From: an uncultured Bacilli bacterium
Lineage (GTDB): Bacteria; Bacillota_I; Bacilli_A; RFN20; CAG-826
Length of the DNA stretch: 64,000 nucleotides
Direction: 5' to 3'
NCBI GenBank assembly: GCA_944372115.1
Contig: CALVYH010000002.1
Location: 34,898 to 98,897 of the forward strand
Below are positions 50,879 to 62,301 of the stretch, piece by piece. The position numbers were made by a program, and so were the translations under genes. Position 1 is the stretch's first letter, and each line of letters opens with the position of its first letter. Below the pieces are notes generated by a model. The model worked only from the letters and a program-made list of their open reading frames with translations, did no database searches and was not told the DNA's origin.

Positions 50879-52274
50879 TAAATTTGAAGATATCAATTTA
50901 GATAATAAAAAGTATGATTTTAAGGATGATATTTCCTCCATTTTTTCAACTGGAAAAGGAATAAATGAAGATGTAGTTAAAGTTATTTCTAAAGCAAAAA
51001 ATGAACCTGAATGGATGTTAGAATTTAGACTCGATGCTTATCATAAATTTATAAAAATGCCTTTCCCTTTATTTGGTCCAGATGTTTCCTTTTTAGATTT
51101 TGATTCTTTTACTTATTTTAATAGATATTCTAAAAAAGAAGGAAAAAACTGGGATGAAGTTCCTGAGCAAATTAAAGAAACGTTTAATAAATTAGGTATT
51201 CCAGAAGCTGAACAAAAATATTTAGCTGGTGCATCAACTCAATATGAAAGCGAAATGGTTTACCATAATATGCTTAAAGAAGTAGAAGAAAAGGGCGTAA
51301 TTTTCCTTTCTACCGATATGGCTTTACAACTTTATCCAGAGTTAGTAAAAAAATATTTTGGAAAGATAGTAAATGTTGCTGATAATAAATTTTCAGCTTT
51401 AAATGGTGCTGTTTGGAGCGGGGGAAGTTTTATTTATGTTCCAAAAGGTGTAAAGTTAGAAAAACCTTTACAATCTTATTTTAGAATTAATAATGAAAAA
51501 ACTGGTCAATTTGAACGTACATTAATTATCGTTGACGAAGGTGCTGATGTACATTATGTTGAAGGATGTACTGCTCCAATATATTCAAAAGAGTCTTTAC
51601 ATGCTGCGGTTGTTGAAATTTTTGTTCATAAAAATGGAAGATGCCGTTATTCTACAGTTCAAAATTGGTCAAATAATATAGTTAATTTAGTCACTAAACG
51701 AGCCGTTTGTTATGAAAACGCAACAATGGAATGGATTGATGGAAATATCGGAAGTCAAATTAATATGAAATATCCTGCTTGTATTTTAAGAGGTGAAGGA
51801 AGTAAAGGGCTTTGTATTTCTATTGCCGTTGCTGGTAAAGGGCAATATCAAGATGCAGGTGCTAGAATGATTCATGAAGCTAAAAATACCTCTTCATCAA
51901 TTATTTCTAAATCGATTGTTAAGGATGGCGGCGTTTCTAATTATCGCGGCACAGCTCGAATTAAAAAAGAAGCTATAAATAGTAAAACTCATATTGAATG
52001 CGACACTTTAATTTTAGATGATAAATCTAAATCTGATACTATTCCTAAGAACGAGTGTCATAATAACTCATCTTTTTTAGAGCATGAAGCTACTGTTTCT
52101 AAAATTGATGAAGATCAATTATTTTATTTAATGAGTAGAGGTATTTCTAAAAAAGATGCTACCCAAATGATTGTTTTAGGATTTATCGAACCATTCTCAA
52201 AAGAATTACCAATGGAATATGCAGTTGAATTAAATCAACTTATTAAGTTAGATATGGATGGAAGTGTTGGTTAA
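50859..52274 (+). CDS. sufB: Fe-S cluster assembly protein SufB
   Basis: Length 471 aa, SufB/SufD beta-helix motifs. Last gene of the suf operon. Confidence 0.9.
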   Translation: MEKMMSNKFEDINLDNKKYDFKDDISSIFSTGKGINEDVVKVISKAKNEPEWMLEFRLDAYHKFIKMPFPLFGPDVSFLDFDSFTYFNRYSKKEGKNWDEVPEQIKETFNKLGIPEAEQKYLAGASTQYESEMVYHNMLKEVEEKGVIFLSTDMALQLYPELVKKYFGKIVNVADNKFSALNGAVWSGGSFIYVPKGVKLEKPLQSYFRINNEKTGQFERTLIIVDEGADVHYVEGCTAPIYSKESLHAAVVEIFVHKNGRCRYSTVQNWSNNIVNLVTKRAVCYENATMEWIDGNIGSQINMKYPACILRGEGSKGLCISIAVAGKGQYQDAGARMIHEAKNTSSSIISKSIVKDGGVSNYRGTARIKKEAINSKTHIECDTLILDDKSKSDTIPKNECHNNSSFLEHEATVSKIDEDQLFYLMSRGISKKDATQMIVLGFIEPFSKELPMEYAVELNQLIKLDMDGSVG

Positions 52275-52276
52275 TA

Positions 52277-54169
52277 ATGTTAATTGAAAATATTACACAT
52301 AGTTATGACGTTATTGTGGTCGGTGCTGGTCATGCTGGAAATGAGGCTGCTTTAGCTGCTGCTAGAATGAAAAAAAGTGTTTTACTTATAACACTTAATT
52401 TTAAGATGGCTTCGAATATGCCATGTAATCCTTCAATTGGTGGAAGTGCTAAAGGTATTGTTGTTCGTGAAATAGATGCTTTAGGCGGTTTCATGGGTAA
52501 ATGCGCTGACCAAGAATACCTCCAAATGAAAATGTTAAATACAAAAAAAGGTCCAGGTGTTCAATGTTTAAGAGCTCAAACTGATAAAAAAAGATATCCT
52601 GCAAATATGCAAAAACATCTTTTAAGTATTGAAAACTTAGACATTTTAGAGGATGAAGTTATTGGTTTATTAAATGACGATAGTTCTGTTTTTGGCGTTA
52701 CAACTAAAAAGGGTTATAAAATTAATTCAAAAGCTGTTGTTTTAGCCACTGGAACCTATATGGATTCTGAAATTTTAAGAGGACACCATAAAGAAAGTGG
52801 AGGCCCGGATGGTGAAAAACCTTCTATTGGACTTTCTTCTTACTTAAAAAGTATGGGTTTAAGAATTCAAAGACTTAAAACTGGAACTCCTCAAAGAATC
52901 GCTAAAGAATCAATTGATTTTTCTAAAGGTGAAATTCAATATGGAAATGTTGAGGATGAAGGTTTTTCTTACGAAACAAATAAATTTATCCCTTTAGATA
53001 AACAAATACCTTGTTATTTAATTTATACAACACCAAAAACTCATCAAATTATAAACGAACATCTTTTAGATTCTGCAATGTATGGAGGAATGGTTCATGG
53101 AGTTGGACCACGTTATTGTCCATCAATCGAAGATAAAATTGTTCGTTTTAAAGATAAACCACGCCATCAACTCTTTTTAGAACCAGAAAGTTACGATACG
53201 AATTCAATTTATGTTCAAGGTTTTTCTACTTCAATGCCTGAAGATGTCCAAGTAGAGATGGTTCATTCTTTACCAGGAATGGAAAATGCAAAAATATTAA
53301 AATACGCATATGCTATTGAATATGATGCTTTAGATCCACTTGAATTTGACAATTCTTTAATGGTTAAAAAATATAAAGGATTATTTATTAGTGGACAAAT
53401 TTGTGGAACTAGTGGATATGAAGAAGCTGCCGGATTAGGGTTAATGGCAGGAGTAAATGCTTGTTTATATATTGATGATAAGCCTCCTTTTGTTTTAGGA
53501 AGAGATGAAGCATATATTGGCGTAATGATTGATGATTTAATTACAAAAGGAACGAATGAACCTTATAGATTACTTTCTTCTAGAGCTGAATATCGTTTAT
53601 TGCTTAGACACGATAATGCAGATTTTAGATTAAGTGAAAAAGCTCATAAATTAGGTTTAATTAATGATGAACGATATAACAAATTTATTGAAAAAAAGAA
53701 AAAAATAAATGAAGTTTTGAAGTTATTAGAAAATATTTATTTCGGAGCAAAATCAGAAATCAATGAATACTTATCATCTTTAGGTTATGAAAAATTAACT
53801 TATGGAGTTAACGCAAAAGAAATATTAAAAAGAAATAATGTAACTTTTGATGGAATCGAGAAATATTTACATCTTGATGAAAATTTAACCCTTGATAATC
53901 AAGCGAAAAAACAATTAGAAATTTATGTTAAATATGAAGGATATATTCAAAATCAAAGAAAAGAAGCTGAAAAATTACATAAATTAGATAACATTATTTT
54001 AAAAGATGATATTGATTATTTAAATCTAGATGGATTAGCTTTAGAAGCAAGACAAAAATTCGATGCAATTAGACCTAAAACAATTGGCCAAGCATCTAGA
54101 ATAAGTGGTGTAAATCCTTCAGATATTAATGTTTTAATCATGTATCTTAGAAAAAATAGATTAATTTAA
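52277..54169 (+). CDS. mnmG: tRNA uridine-5-carboxymethylaminomethyl synthesis enzyme MnmG (GidA)
   Basis: FAD motif YDVIVVGAGHAGNEAALAAAR. Length 630 aa. Confidence 0.92.
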   Translation: MLIENITHSYDVIVVGAGHAGNEAALAAARMKKSVLLITLNFKMASNMPCNPSIGGSAKGIVVREIDALGGFMGKCADQEYLQMKMLNTKKGPGVQCLRAQTDKKRYPANMQKHLLSIENLDILEDEVIGLLNDDSSVFGVTTKKGYKINSKAVVLATGTYMDSEILRGHHKESGGPDGEKPSIGLSSYLKSMGLRIQRLKTGTPQRIAKESIDFSKGEIQYGNVEDEGFSYETNKFIPLDKQIPCYLIYTTPKTHQIINEHLLDSAMYGGMVHGVGPRYCPSIEDKIVRFKDKPRHQLFLEPESYDTNSIYVQGFSTSMPEDVQVEMVHSLPGMENAKILKYAYAIEYDALDPLEFDNSLMVKKYKGLFISGQICGTSGYEEAAGLGLMAGVNACLYIDDKPPFVLGRDEAYIGVMIDDLITKGTNEPYRLLSSRAEYRLLLRHDNADFRLSEKAHKLGLINDERYNKFIEKKKKINEVLKLLENIYFGAKSEINEYLSSLGYEKLTYGVNAKEILKRNNVTFDGIEKYLHLDENLTLDNQAKKQLEIYVKYEGYIQNQRKEAEKLHKLDNIILKDDIDYLNLDGLALEARQKFDAIRPKTIGQASRISGVNPSDINVLIMYLRKNRLI

Positions 54170-54171
54170 TT

Positions 54172-54813
54172 ATGGAAAAAGAAGAATTAATAAGTAAATT
54201 CATAAATTTAGTTTTGTTAGAAAACAAAAAATTCAATTTAACCGCTGTTACCAATATTGAAGAGTTTAAAAATCGTCATATTGAAGATTCTTTAGCGCCT
54301 TCAAAAGTTTTTGATTTTTCAAATAAAGAAATTTTAGATTTAGGAAGTGGAGCAGGTTTCCCAGGTATTCCTTTAGCAATTTATAATCCTTCTTCAAAAT
54401 TCTATTTAGTAGAACCTATTGAAAAAAGAGCTTCTTTTTTAAAAATGGTAAAAGATACTCTTTTATTAGAGAATGTTGAGATTATAAATAAAAGAATGGA
54501 AGAATTACCTAAAAGTAAAAAATATGATTTAATTGTTTCTCGTGCAGTGAGTGAATTATCTATTTTATTAGAACTTTCTATCCCTTATTTAAAGGTTGGT
54601 GGAGTTTTGATTGCCTATAAAGGTAAAAAAGGAGAGGAAGAATTAATAAAAGCAAAAAATGCGTTAAAAATTCTAAATGCAAAAGTAATAAATATTCAAA
54701 AAGAAAAAATTAATAATAATGATGAAAGAAATAATATTTTTATTACAAAAGAAAAAGAATGTGATTCTATTTATCCACGTTTATATCAAAAGATTAAGAA
54801 AAAACCTTTATAA
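54172..54813 (+). CDS. rsmG: 16S rRNA (guanine527-N7)-methyltransferase RsmG (GidB)
   Basis: SAM motif LGSGAGFPGIPLAI. Follows mnmG. Confidence 0.9.
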   Translation: MEKEELISKFINLVLLENKKFNLTAVTNIEEFKNRHIEDSLAPSKVFDFSNKEILDLGSGAGFPGIPLAIYNPSSKFYLVEPIEKRASFLKMVKDTLLLENVEIINKRMEELPKSKKYDLIVSRAVSELSILLELSIPYLKVGGVLIAYKGKKGEEELIKAKNALKILNAKVINIQKEKINNNDERNNIFITKEKECDSIYPRLYQKIKKKPL

Positions 54814-54827
54814 ATAGTAAAAAAATA

Positions 54828-54858
54828 AAGCAAAAAGATTAAAACTTTTTGCTTTTTT
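54828..54858 (+). terminator. rho-independent terminator
   Basis: Stem AAGCAAAAAG/CTTTTTGCTT, then T6. Confidence 0.6.
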
Positions 54859-54914
54859 AAATTTTTATAAGTATCATAATTATGTAGTAGAAAGTTTTCA
54901 CGTATAAACTTAAA

Positions 54915-55677
<763 letters not shown>

Positions 55678-55688
<11 letters not shown>

Positions 55689-56535
55689 TTCTAAAATTTT
55701 GAAAAATTCTTTAAAGAATTTAGTTAATCGTTTTGGACGAGAAGATTTTGTATCTGCTATTTTAAAAAATTCTCCAAAAGAAGATATCGTAAATATTACT
55801 TTAAAAGATATAAGCGATAACCATTATCTTAAAAAAGCAAAACTTGATGATGTAAAAATAACTCAAGCTAAGAAAATAATGAAAGAAGGTGGGTTTTTTG
55901 ATCCGATTATTGTCCGCGCTTATCAAGGGAAATATGAAGTTGTTATTGGAAGAGTTAAATATATTGCCGCTAAAGAATTAAAATTCGAAACTATTCCAGT
56001 TGTAGTTATTCAACTTAACGAAGAAGAATCTCTTTTATGTATGCTAAAAGAAATTAGTGAACGTAAAACGATGAATATTTATGAACTAGCACTTATTTGT
56101 TCCCATTTAAAGAGGGATTATGATTATAAAAATAAAGAACTTGCTGATTTTTTAAATCAATCTTCCTCTCAAATTTCGAATTTATTACAAATTTTGTCTC
56201 TTCCTGAAGAGGTTTTAGTTGATATTTCGATGAATAGACTTTCATATGGACATGCTAAAGCTATCTGTAGATTAACTCCAGAAGAAGTCACTATAATGGT
56301 TAAAAAAATTCAAGATGAACATCTTTCAGTACGTCAAACTGAGGCCTTGGTTAGAGAAGAAAAAGGTATTGTTGATAAAAATAAAGTAGAAAATGCTGAA
56401 GAAATTAAAAATAAAGATGAAGTAAAAAACAATACTTTAACTATTAAATTAAGATTCAGCGATGAAAAGGCAAAAAAAGATGCACTAAAAAAATTAAATA
56501 GATTAATTAAAAAAGCAAAATGTATGATAGAATAA
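55678..56535 (+). CDS. parB: ParB/Spo0J-family protein with degenerate ParB-box and CTP-binding motifs
   Basis: ParB-like N-terminal domain and HTH, but the GERRxRA motif reads GRVKYIAA and the QPR box is absent. Confidence 0.65.
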
Positions 56536-56538
56536 TAA

Positions 56539-56707
56539 TTGCTTCAGGGTGTTGTGAAATTCAAAACTGGTGGTATACCCCACGAGCTAATTTATTAGCA
56601 TGAACTAGTGAAATTCTAGTGGCAACAGTAAAGTCTGGATGAAAGAAAGCATTTATATTATTTTTAAATCAACTTTTTAAAATAGCCCTTGAAGTGAAAG
56701 GGTTATT
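56539..56707 (+). ncRNA. FMN riboswitch (RFN element) with a terminator expression platform
   Basis: Matches conserved RFN blocks: AGGGTG..GTGAAATTC..ACTGGTGGTA..CCCACGAGC...AGTGAAATTC..GGCAACAGTAAAGTCTGGATGAAAGAAAGCA. P1 pairing TGCTTC/GAAAGCA. Downstream hairpin TAGCCCTT/AAGGGTTA plus T7 sequesters the AAAGGG RBS. Confidence 0.85.
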
Positions 56708-56712
56708 TTTTT

Positions 56713-57360
56713 ATGAAAATTAAAAAATCTTTACTTCTAATTGCTCGTGTTGCTATTTTTGGAGCTTTAGCCATAATTCTTTATATGGTGCCCGGTTTAC
56801 AATTTCCTATTTTTCCAGGTTTAACGTTTTTAAAAATACATTTTGATGAAATCCCGGTTTTATTTGCTTCCCTTGCTTATGGGCCTTTAACTGGGAGTTT
56901 AATTATTTTTTTAAAGGGAATATTTAAACTTATTCAAGATATTGGTGAAACAGGAGGAATCGGAGTAATAGCAGATATAATTTATGGTCTTGCTTTTATA
57001 CTCCCTGCTGCTTTTATTTATAAATATCATAAAGGTTTTAAAATGGGTTTAGTTGCAATATTTGTTGGAATGCTAGTTAATTTAATATTTAGTGCATTTA
57101 TTGGATATTATCTTATTTATCCTTTATATGGTTTTTATTTTAATCCAAGTGCTAGTAATTATAATGAAGCGATGGAAACAGTCTTTACACTTTTTAAAGC
57201 AGCCGATTCTTCTTTAACTTCTTGGAAAGATCCAAAAATATTATTTGAATTTCTTCTTCCATTTAACTTAATTAAAAACGCCGTAATTGTGGTATTTACT
57301 ATTTTGGTTTATAAGCCATTATCTTTACTTGTTAAAAAAGAAGAAAATAAAGAAAAATAA
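56713..57360 (+). CDS. ribU: ECF transporter S component, probably the riboflavin transporter RibU
   Basis: 215-aa, 6-TM ECF S-component-like protein directly downstream of the FMN riboswitch. Confidence 0.7.
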   Translation: MKIKKSLLLIARVAIFGALAIILYMVPGLQFPIFPGLTFLKIHFDEIPVLFASLAYGPLTGSLIIFLKGIFKLIQDIGETGGIGVIADIIYGLAFILPAAFIYKYHKGFKMGLVAIFVGMLVNLIFSAFIGYYLIYPLYGFYFNPSASNYNEAMETVFTLFKAADSSLTSWKDPKILFEFLLPFNLIKNAVIVVFTILVYKPLSLLVKKEENKEK

Positions 57361-57388
57361 CCTCTAAATTAGAGGTTATTTATTTTTA
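57354..57388. terminator. bidirectional terminator between ribU and the ferredoxin gene
   Basis: Hairpin ATAACCTCTAA/TTAGAGGTTAT flanked by A-rich and T-rich runs. Confidence 0.65.
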
Positions 57389-57404
57389 AAATATTTTATA
57401 ATTA

Positions 57405-57587
57405 CTATTCTTTTTCAATAGCACCTGCTGGGCATGAAGCAATAGCTTCTTCAGCAACACTTTCATCACATTCAGCAACGACTTCTGCTTTATTATCAGC
57501 ATCAAATGTGAATACATCTGAATATGAACCAACGCAAAGGCCACAGCCTACGCATGCATCTTTATTAACTTTTAATTTAACTGCCAT
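57405..57587 (-). CDS. fdx: 4Fe-4S single-cluster ferredoxin
   Basis: 60 aa. CVGCGLC plus a distal CP (ASCPAG). Acidic protein. Confidence 0.8.
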   Translation of the reverse strand: MAVKLKVNKDACVGCGLCVGSYSDVFTFDADNKAEVVAECDESVAEEAIASCPAGAIEKE

Positions 57588-57751
57588 AGTAGTTTCCTCC
57601 TAAAATCTATTTAATAGTATAGTGGAAATTTTTATTATTGAAAACATAAATTTTTGTTAGTTTTATCTAACAAAACGGATATTTATCATATAAATTTTCT
57701 ATTTTTAATGAATGTTTTATATCCTCAAAAATGGTAAAATAAAATTCGGTT

Positions 57752-58027
57752 ATGGACACAAGAAAAGAAAAGTATCAAGATTATAGAAATGAAATTATGA
57801 ATTCTTCTTCTTTAAAAGATATGCGCTTACGCGTTATTAAAGAATTAGAAGAAAATAAGAAGCTAAAAAAGAAATATATTCGTAAAGAAGAAGATAAAAA
57901 AACGATATATTCTTTATATCTTAAAAAAAGAAATATAAAAATTTTTTTATTTTCTTTTCTTATTATTCTTATTATTGTTATAATCATTGTCGGAATTTAT
58001 TTTGGAGTTAAAAGTATAAATGGATAA
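57752..58027 (+). CDS. small hypothetical membrane protein (K-rich N-terminus, single C-terminal TM)
   Basis: C-terminal hydrophobic helix IFLFSFLIILIIVIIIVGIYF. Confidence 0.35.
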   Translation: MDTRKEKYQDYRNEIMNSSSLKDMRLRVIKELEENKKLKKKYIRKEEDKKTIYSLYLKKRNIKIFLFSFLIILIIVIIIVGIYFGVKSING

Positions 58028-58697
58028 GAAGAATTTTATTGCGATTGCTATTGATGGACCTAGCGCTAGTGGAAAATCTACTGTCGCTAAACTTTTAGCT
58101 TCTAAACTTAATTTTTTATATGTCGATACTGGTGCGATGTATCGTGCTTATACATTAGCAGTTTTAAATGCTTCTTTAGATCCAAAAAACGAAGAAGAAT
58201 CTAATAGTTTAATTAATAAAATTGAAATTAGTTTTAATGATGAAAACCACATTACTTTAAATGGGAAAGATGTTTCTAAAGAAATAAGAGAAAATAATGT
58301 CGCAAATAATGTTTCTTATATTGCTTCTTATAAAAATATCCGTTTATTTTTAGTTTCTTTACAACAAAAAATTGCTAACAATAAAAATATTGTTATGGAT
58401 GGTAGAGATGTCGGAACTTATGTTTTAAAAGATGCTGAAGTTAAAATATTTTTAAATGCTGATGTTGAAGAAAGAGCAAAAAGAAGATTTAACGAAAACA
58501 AAGAAAAAAATATTAAATCTTCATATGAAGATTGTTTAGAAAATATTAAAAAAAGAGATTATATCGATTCTCACCGTGATTTTTGTCCGCTAAGAAAAGC
58601 TGATGATGCTATTTTAATCGATTCAACCAATTTAACGATTGAAGAAGTTGTTTTTAAAATGGAAGAGATTATTAAATCGAAAGGATATAGTCTATGA
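58020..58697 (+). CDS. cmk: cytidylate kinase
   Basis: P-loop IAIDGPSASGKST. Confidence 0.9.
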   Translation: MDKKNFIAIAIDGPSASGKSTVAKLLASKLNFLYVDTGAMYRAYTLAVLNASLDPKNEEESNSLINKIEISFNDENHITLNGKDVSKEIRENNVANNVSYIASYKNIRLFLVSLQQKIANNKNIVMDGRDVGTYVLKDAEVKIFLNADVEERAKRRFNENKEKNIKSSYEDCLENIKKRDYIDSHRDFCPLRKADDAILIDSTNLTIEEVVFKMEEIIKSKGYSL

Positions 58698-60004
58698 GTC
58701 TACCTTTAGTTGCTATTGTTGGTTCCCCATCTGTAGGAAAATCTACAATTTATAATCGTATAGTTGGTGAAAAAAAGTCAATTGTTGAAGAAACTAGAGG
58801 CGTTACTAGAGATAGAATTTATTCAAAGACTAGTTGGTTAACTATACCTTTTAATGTTGTTGATACCGGTGGAATTGAAGTAGAAAATAAACCTTTCCAA
58901 GAACAAATTAGAATTCAAGCTGAAATTGCTATTGATGAAGCGGATGTAATTATTTTTGTTGTTGATGGGAAAATAGGTTTAAATGAAGACGATTATTTAA
59001 TTGCAAAAATGTTAAGAAAAGCTAAAAAACCTATAATTTTAGCTGTTAATAAAATAGATAACATTGAACAAATTAATAATATTTATGAATTTTATGCTCT
59101 TTCATTAGGCGATCCTATTGCGATTAGTGGAGAACATGGAATTGGAATTGGCGATTTACTTGATAAAGTTATTTCGGTTTTACCTAAAAAAGAAGATGAA
59201 ATAAAAAATGAAAGTGCTATTTCTTTTTCTTTAATTGGAAGACCAAATGTAGGTAAATCATCATTATTTAATAAACTCGCTGATGAAAATAGAATGATTG
59301 TTTCAAATATTGAAGGAACGACTAGAGATTCTATAGACTTAACTTTTTCTTATAACGATAAGTTATATCAAGTTATTGATACTGCTGGGTTAAAAAAACG
59401 TGGAAAAATATATGAAGCAATCGATAAATATGCTGCTTTAAGAGCATTAAGAAGTATAGATAAATGTGATATTGCTTTACTTTTAATTGATGCAAAAGAT
59501 GGTATAAGAGAACAAGATAAACATGTTGTAGGATATGCGATTGAAGCAAAGAAAGCAATCATTGTTATTATAAATAAATGCGATTTAATCGAAGATTTAA
59601 ATACATATAAAAAAGAATTTAAAGAAAAATTTATCACTGAATTTAAATTTTTAGATTATGTTCCTTTAATTTTTACTTCGACTGTAAAATTTAATAACAA
59701 AAAAGAAATATTTAAAGTAATTGATGAAGTTTATGAATCATATACTTATGAAACTAAAACTTCAGTTTTAAATGACATTATTCAAGAAGCTCAAATGATG
59801 AATGAATCACCTGATTTTAATGGCGGAAGAGTTCGTATTTATTATGCTCAGCAAATATCTTCAAAGCCATTAACTATTGCGCTTTTTGTTAACGATCCAA
59901 AATTTATGCACTTTTCTTATTTAAGATATATTGAAAATAGAATTAGAGATTCTTTTTCTCTTATCGGTTCGCCAATAAATCTTGTATTACGAAAAAGAAA
60001 GTAG
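58694..60004 (+). CDS. der: ribosome-biogenesis GTPase Der (EngA)
   Basis: Two G domains (GSPSVGKST, GRPNVGKSS) plus a KH-like C-terminus. Confidence 0.9.
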   Translation: MSLPLVAIVGSPSVGKSTIYNRIVGEKKSIVEETRGVTRDRIYSKTSWLTIPFNVVDTGGIEVENKPFQEQIRIQAEIAIDEADVIIFVVDGKIGLNEDDYLIAKMLRKAKKPIILAVNKIDNIEQINNIYEFYALSLGDPIAISGEHGIGIGDLLDKVISVLPKKEDEIKNESAISFSLIGRPNVGKSSLFNKLADENRMIVSNIEGTTRDSIDLTFSYNDKLYQVIDTAGLKKRGKIYEAIDKYAALRALRSIDKCDIALLLIDAKDGIREQDKHVVGYAIEAKKAIIVIINKCDLIEDLNTYKKEFKEKFITEFKFLDYVPLIFTSTVKFNNKKEIFKVIDEVYESYTYETKTSVLNDIIQEAQMMNESPDFNGGRVRIYYAQQISSKPLTIALFVNDPKFMHFSYLRYIENRIRDSFSLIGSPINLVLRKRK

Positions 60005-60119
60005 TAAAATTTCAACGTTTTTAATGAATTTAATAATATTTACATTGTTTATATTATGTGATTTAATAAACTTATCGAATTATATTTGATAAAAAAGGAA
60101 GGATTAAAGGAGTAGAATC

Positions 60120-60392
60120 ATGAACAAAGCTGAATTGATTGTAGCAGTTAGCGAATCAACAAAATTATCAAAAAAAGATACAGAGAAAGTTATCGATTCT
60201 TTTTTTGAAGAAGTTGCTCACGCATTAGAACATGGCGAAGTTGTTAAAGTCTCTGGATTTGGCGCTTTCCAAGTTAAATCAAGAAAAGAAAGAATTGGTA
60301 CTTCCCCAGTAGATGGACAAAAAATTAAAATCCCAGCAACCAAAACCGTTGGATTTAAACCATCAAAAAGCCTTAAAGATTTAGTTAAATAA
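60120..60392 (+). CDS. hup: DNA-binding protein HU
   Basis: 90 aa. HU fold with the beta-arm proline retained (TSPVDG in place of RNPQTG). Confidence 0.85.
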   Translation: MNKAELIVAVSESTKLSKKDTEKVIDSFFEEVAHALEHGEVVKVSGFGAFQVKSRKERIGTSPVDGQKIKIPATKTVGFKPSKSLKDLVK

Positions 60393-60417
60393 TTTTAAAA
60401 AGGTTTTAGATAAATTT

Positions 60418-60443
60418 AGCTAGCTAAAAACTAGCTTTTTTTA
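60418..60443 (+). terminator. rho-independent terminator
   Basis: Stem AGCTAG/CTAGCT, then T6. Confidence 0.65.
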
Positions 60444-60461
60444 TAAATTAAATTATACAAA

Positions 60462-61097
60462 ATGAATAAAGTTTTTGATGAATTAGCAAATATTTTTTCT
60501 AAAAATGGTTTCTCTTTATTTATGATCGGCTCAACTTCAAGGGATTATTTATTAAATAAAGAGATTTTTGATTATGATTTTGTAAGTGATGCCACACCTT
60601 TTGATATTAAAAAATTTTTAAATAATAATGAATTAGATACAACTTTTGAAAGATTTGGAACTTTAAAATATAAATATTTAGATAAAAAAATTGATATTGT
60701 TACTTTAAGAAAAGAAGAGGATTATCTTGACTCTCGTCATCCAAATAAAATTATTTTTATCAAAGATATAAATGAAGATTACTTAAGAAGAGATTTTACA
60801 ATAAATGCTATATATATCGATAAAAATTATAATATTATTGATCCAGCAAACGGTTATAAAGATTTAAAAGATAGAAAATTACGATTTATAAAAGATCCAT
60901 TAATTTCAATAAAAGAAGATCCTTTAAGAATTTTAAGGGCATATCGATTTATAAAAGAATATAATTTATCTATCAATGATAATGTATTAAAAATTTTAAA
61001 AGAAAATGAAATATTACTTAAAAATATTAGAAAAGAAAAAATTAGTGAAGAAAAAAGAAAATATGAGGAGGTTTTAAAAAGATGTACAACAAATTAA
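60462..61097 (+). CDS. minimal Pol-beta-superfamily nucleotidyltransferase (CCA-adding / poly(A)-polymerase head domain only)
   Basis: GSTSRDYLL...DYDFVS (variant of GGxVRD..DxD) and [11 protein letters not shown] motif. Only 211 aa; no HD/body domain. Confidence 0.55.
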   Translation: MNKVFDELANIFSKNGFSLFMIGSTSRDYLLNKEIFDYDFVSDATPFDIKKFLNNNELDTTFERFGTLKYKYLDKKIDIVTLRKEEDYLDSRHPNKIIFIKDINEDYLRRDFTINAIYIDKNYNIIDPANGYKDLKDRKLRFIKDPLISIKEDPLRILRAYRFIKEYNLSINDNVLKILKENEILLKNIRKEKISEEKRKYEEVLKRCTTN

Positions 61098-61648
61098 ACG
61101 CTATAAATTTTACTTACCTTTTATTAGATTACTATAAAGAATTAAATATTTCTAATGAAGAACTCCTCGTTTTATTGATGTGCGATCATTTATTAATGGA
61201 TGATAATCAACTTGTAACAATAGAACAATTAGAAATGAAATTAAGCCTTCCTTTTGGAGAAATTGATAAAATTTTTAATTCTCTTTTAACAAAAAAATAT
61301 ATTGTCTATGAAACTCAAAATAATGATTTTGTTACATCTTTAACCAATTTAAAAAAAGATTTACTTCTTTTATATCAAAAAGATTTGAATAGTGAGAGTG
61401 AGATAAATAAAGATGAAACACTTTTAAACGAGGAAACCAAACTTAAAGTTTTCTCTTCTTTTGAACATTATTTTAATAGAAACTTAAATAATACCGAAAA
61501 AGATATGATTTTAAAATGGCTTAAAAATGGAATTGATACGGAATTAATTATTGATTCTTTAAAAGACGCTTATAATTTAGGTGTTTTAAATGTTAAAAAA
61601 ATAGATGGAATTATTGCAAAAAAATTGAAAGAAGACGAGGACTTATGA
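61082..61648 (+). CDS. dnaD: DnaD-family replication initiation / membrane attachment protein
   Basis: N-terminal winged-helix [27 protein letters not shown] and C-terminal DDBH2-like region. Conserved dnaD-nth synteny. Confidence 0.6.
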   Translation: MYNKLNAINFTYLLLDYYKELNISNEELLVLLMCDHLLMDDNQLVTIEQLEMKLSLPFGEIDKIFNSLLTKKYIVYETQNNDFVTSLTNLKKDLLLLYQKDLNSESEINKDETLLNEETKLKVFSSFEHYFNRNLNNTEKDMILKWLKNGIDTELIIDSLKDAYNLGVLNVKKIDGIIAKKLKEDEDL

Positions 61649-62301
61649 TTAAAGAAGAAAAAGTTAAAAGAATTAGACAATATTTTAACGAAATTCTTCC
61701 ATCAGCAAATTGCGAATTAAATTATTCAGCAGAGTATGAATTATTAATTGCGGTCGTTTTATCTGCGCAAACAACCGATAAAAAAGTAAATGAGGTTACA
61801 AAAACATTATTTAAAAAATATCCAACTATCGATGATTATAATAAGGCTTCTGTAAGTGAAATTGAAAACGATATTAAAGTTATTGGCTTATATAAAGCAA
61901 AAGCTTTGGCTATAAAAGATATAGCTTCTAAACTTAAAAATAATTTTAACTATAAAGTACCAGATAATAAAAAAGATTTAATGACCATGCGAGGAGTCGG
62001 AAATAAAGTTGCTAATGTTGTATTGGTTGAAATATTTAATAAAGAAGAATTTCCAGTTGATACGCATGTTTTCCGAGTAGCAAAAAGACTCGGCTTAGCA
62101 AATAAAAACGATTCGATTTTAGAGGTAGAAAAAAAGTTAAGAAAAGTTTTTAAAAAAGAAGAATATAAACTTTTACATCATCAATTTATTCATTTTGGTA
62201 GATATTATTGTAAAGCGATAAATCCAAGTTGTGAAACTTGCAAAATGAAAGACTTTTGTTTGGATGTTCATCTTAAAGCTTCGTCAACAAAAACTAAATA
62301 G
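61645..62301 (+). CDS. nth: endonuclease III
   Basis: HhH motif LIAVVLSAQTTDKKVN and 4Fe-4S Cys cluster CKAINPSCETCKMKDFC. Confidence 0.9.
   Translation: MIKEEKVKRIRQYFNEILPSANCELNYSAEYELLIAVVLSAQTTDKKVNEVTKTLFKKYPTIDDYNKASVSEIENDIKVIGLYKAKALAIKDIASKLKNNFNYKVPDNKKDLMTMRGVGNKVANVVLVEIFNKEEFPVDTHVFRVAKRLGLANKNDSILEVEKKLRKVFKKEEYKLLHHQFIHFGRYYCKAINPSCETCKMKDFCLDVHLKASSTKTK

Noticed and set aside
56560-56625. Direct repeat GTGAAATTC x2 as DnaA boxes or a tandem element near parAB
   Set aside because: Both copies are the conserved GTGAAATTC blocks internal to the FMN riboswitch fold. They do not match the TTATCCACA DnaA box.
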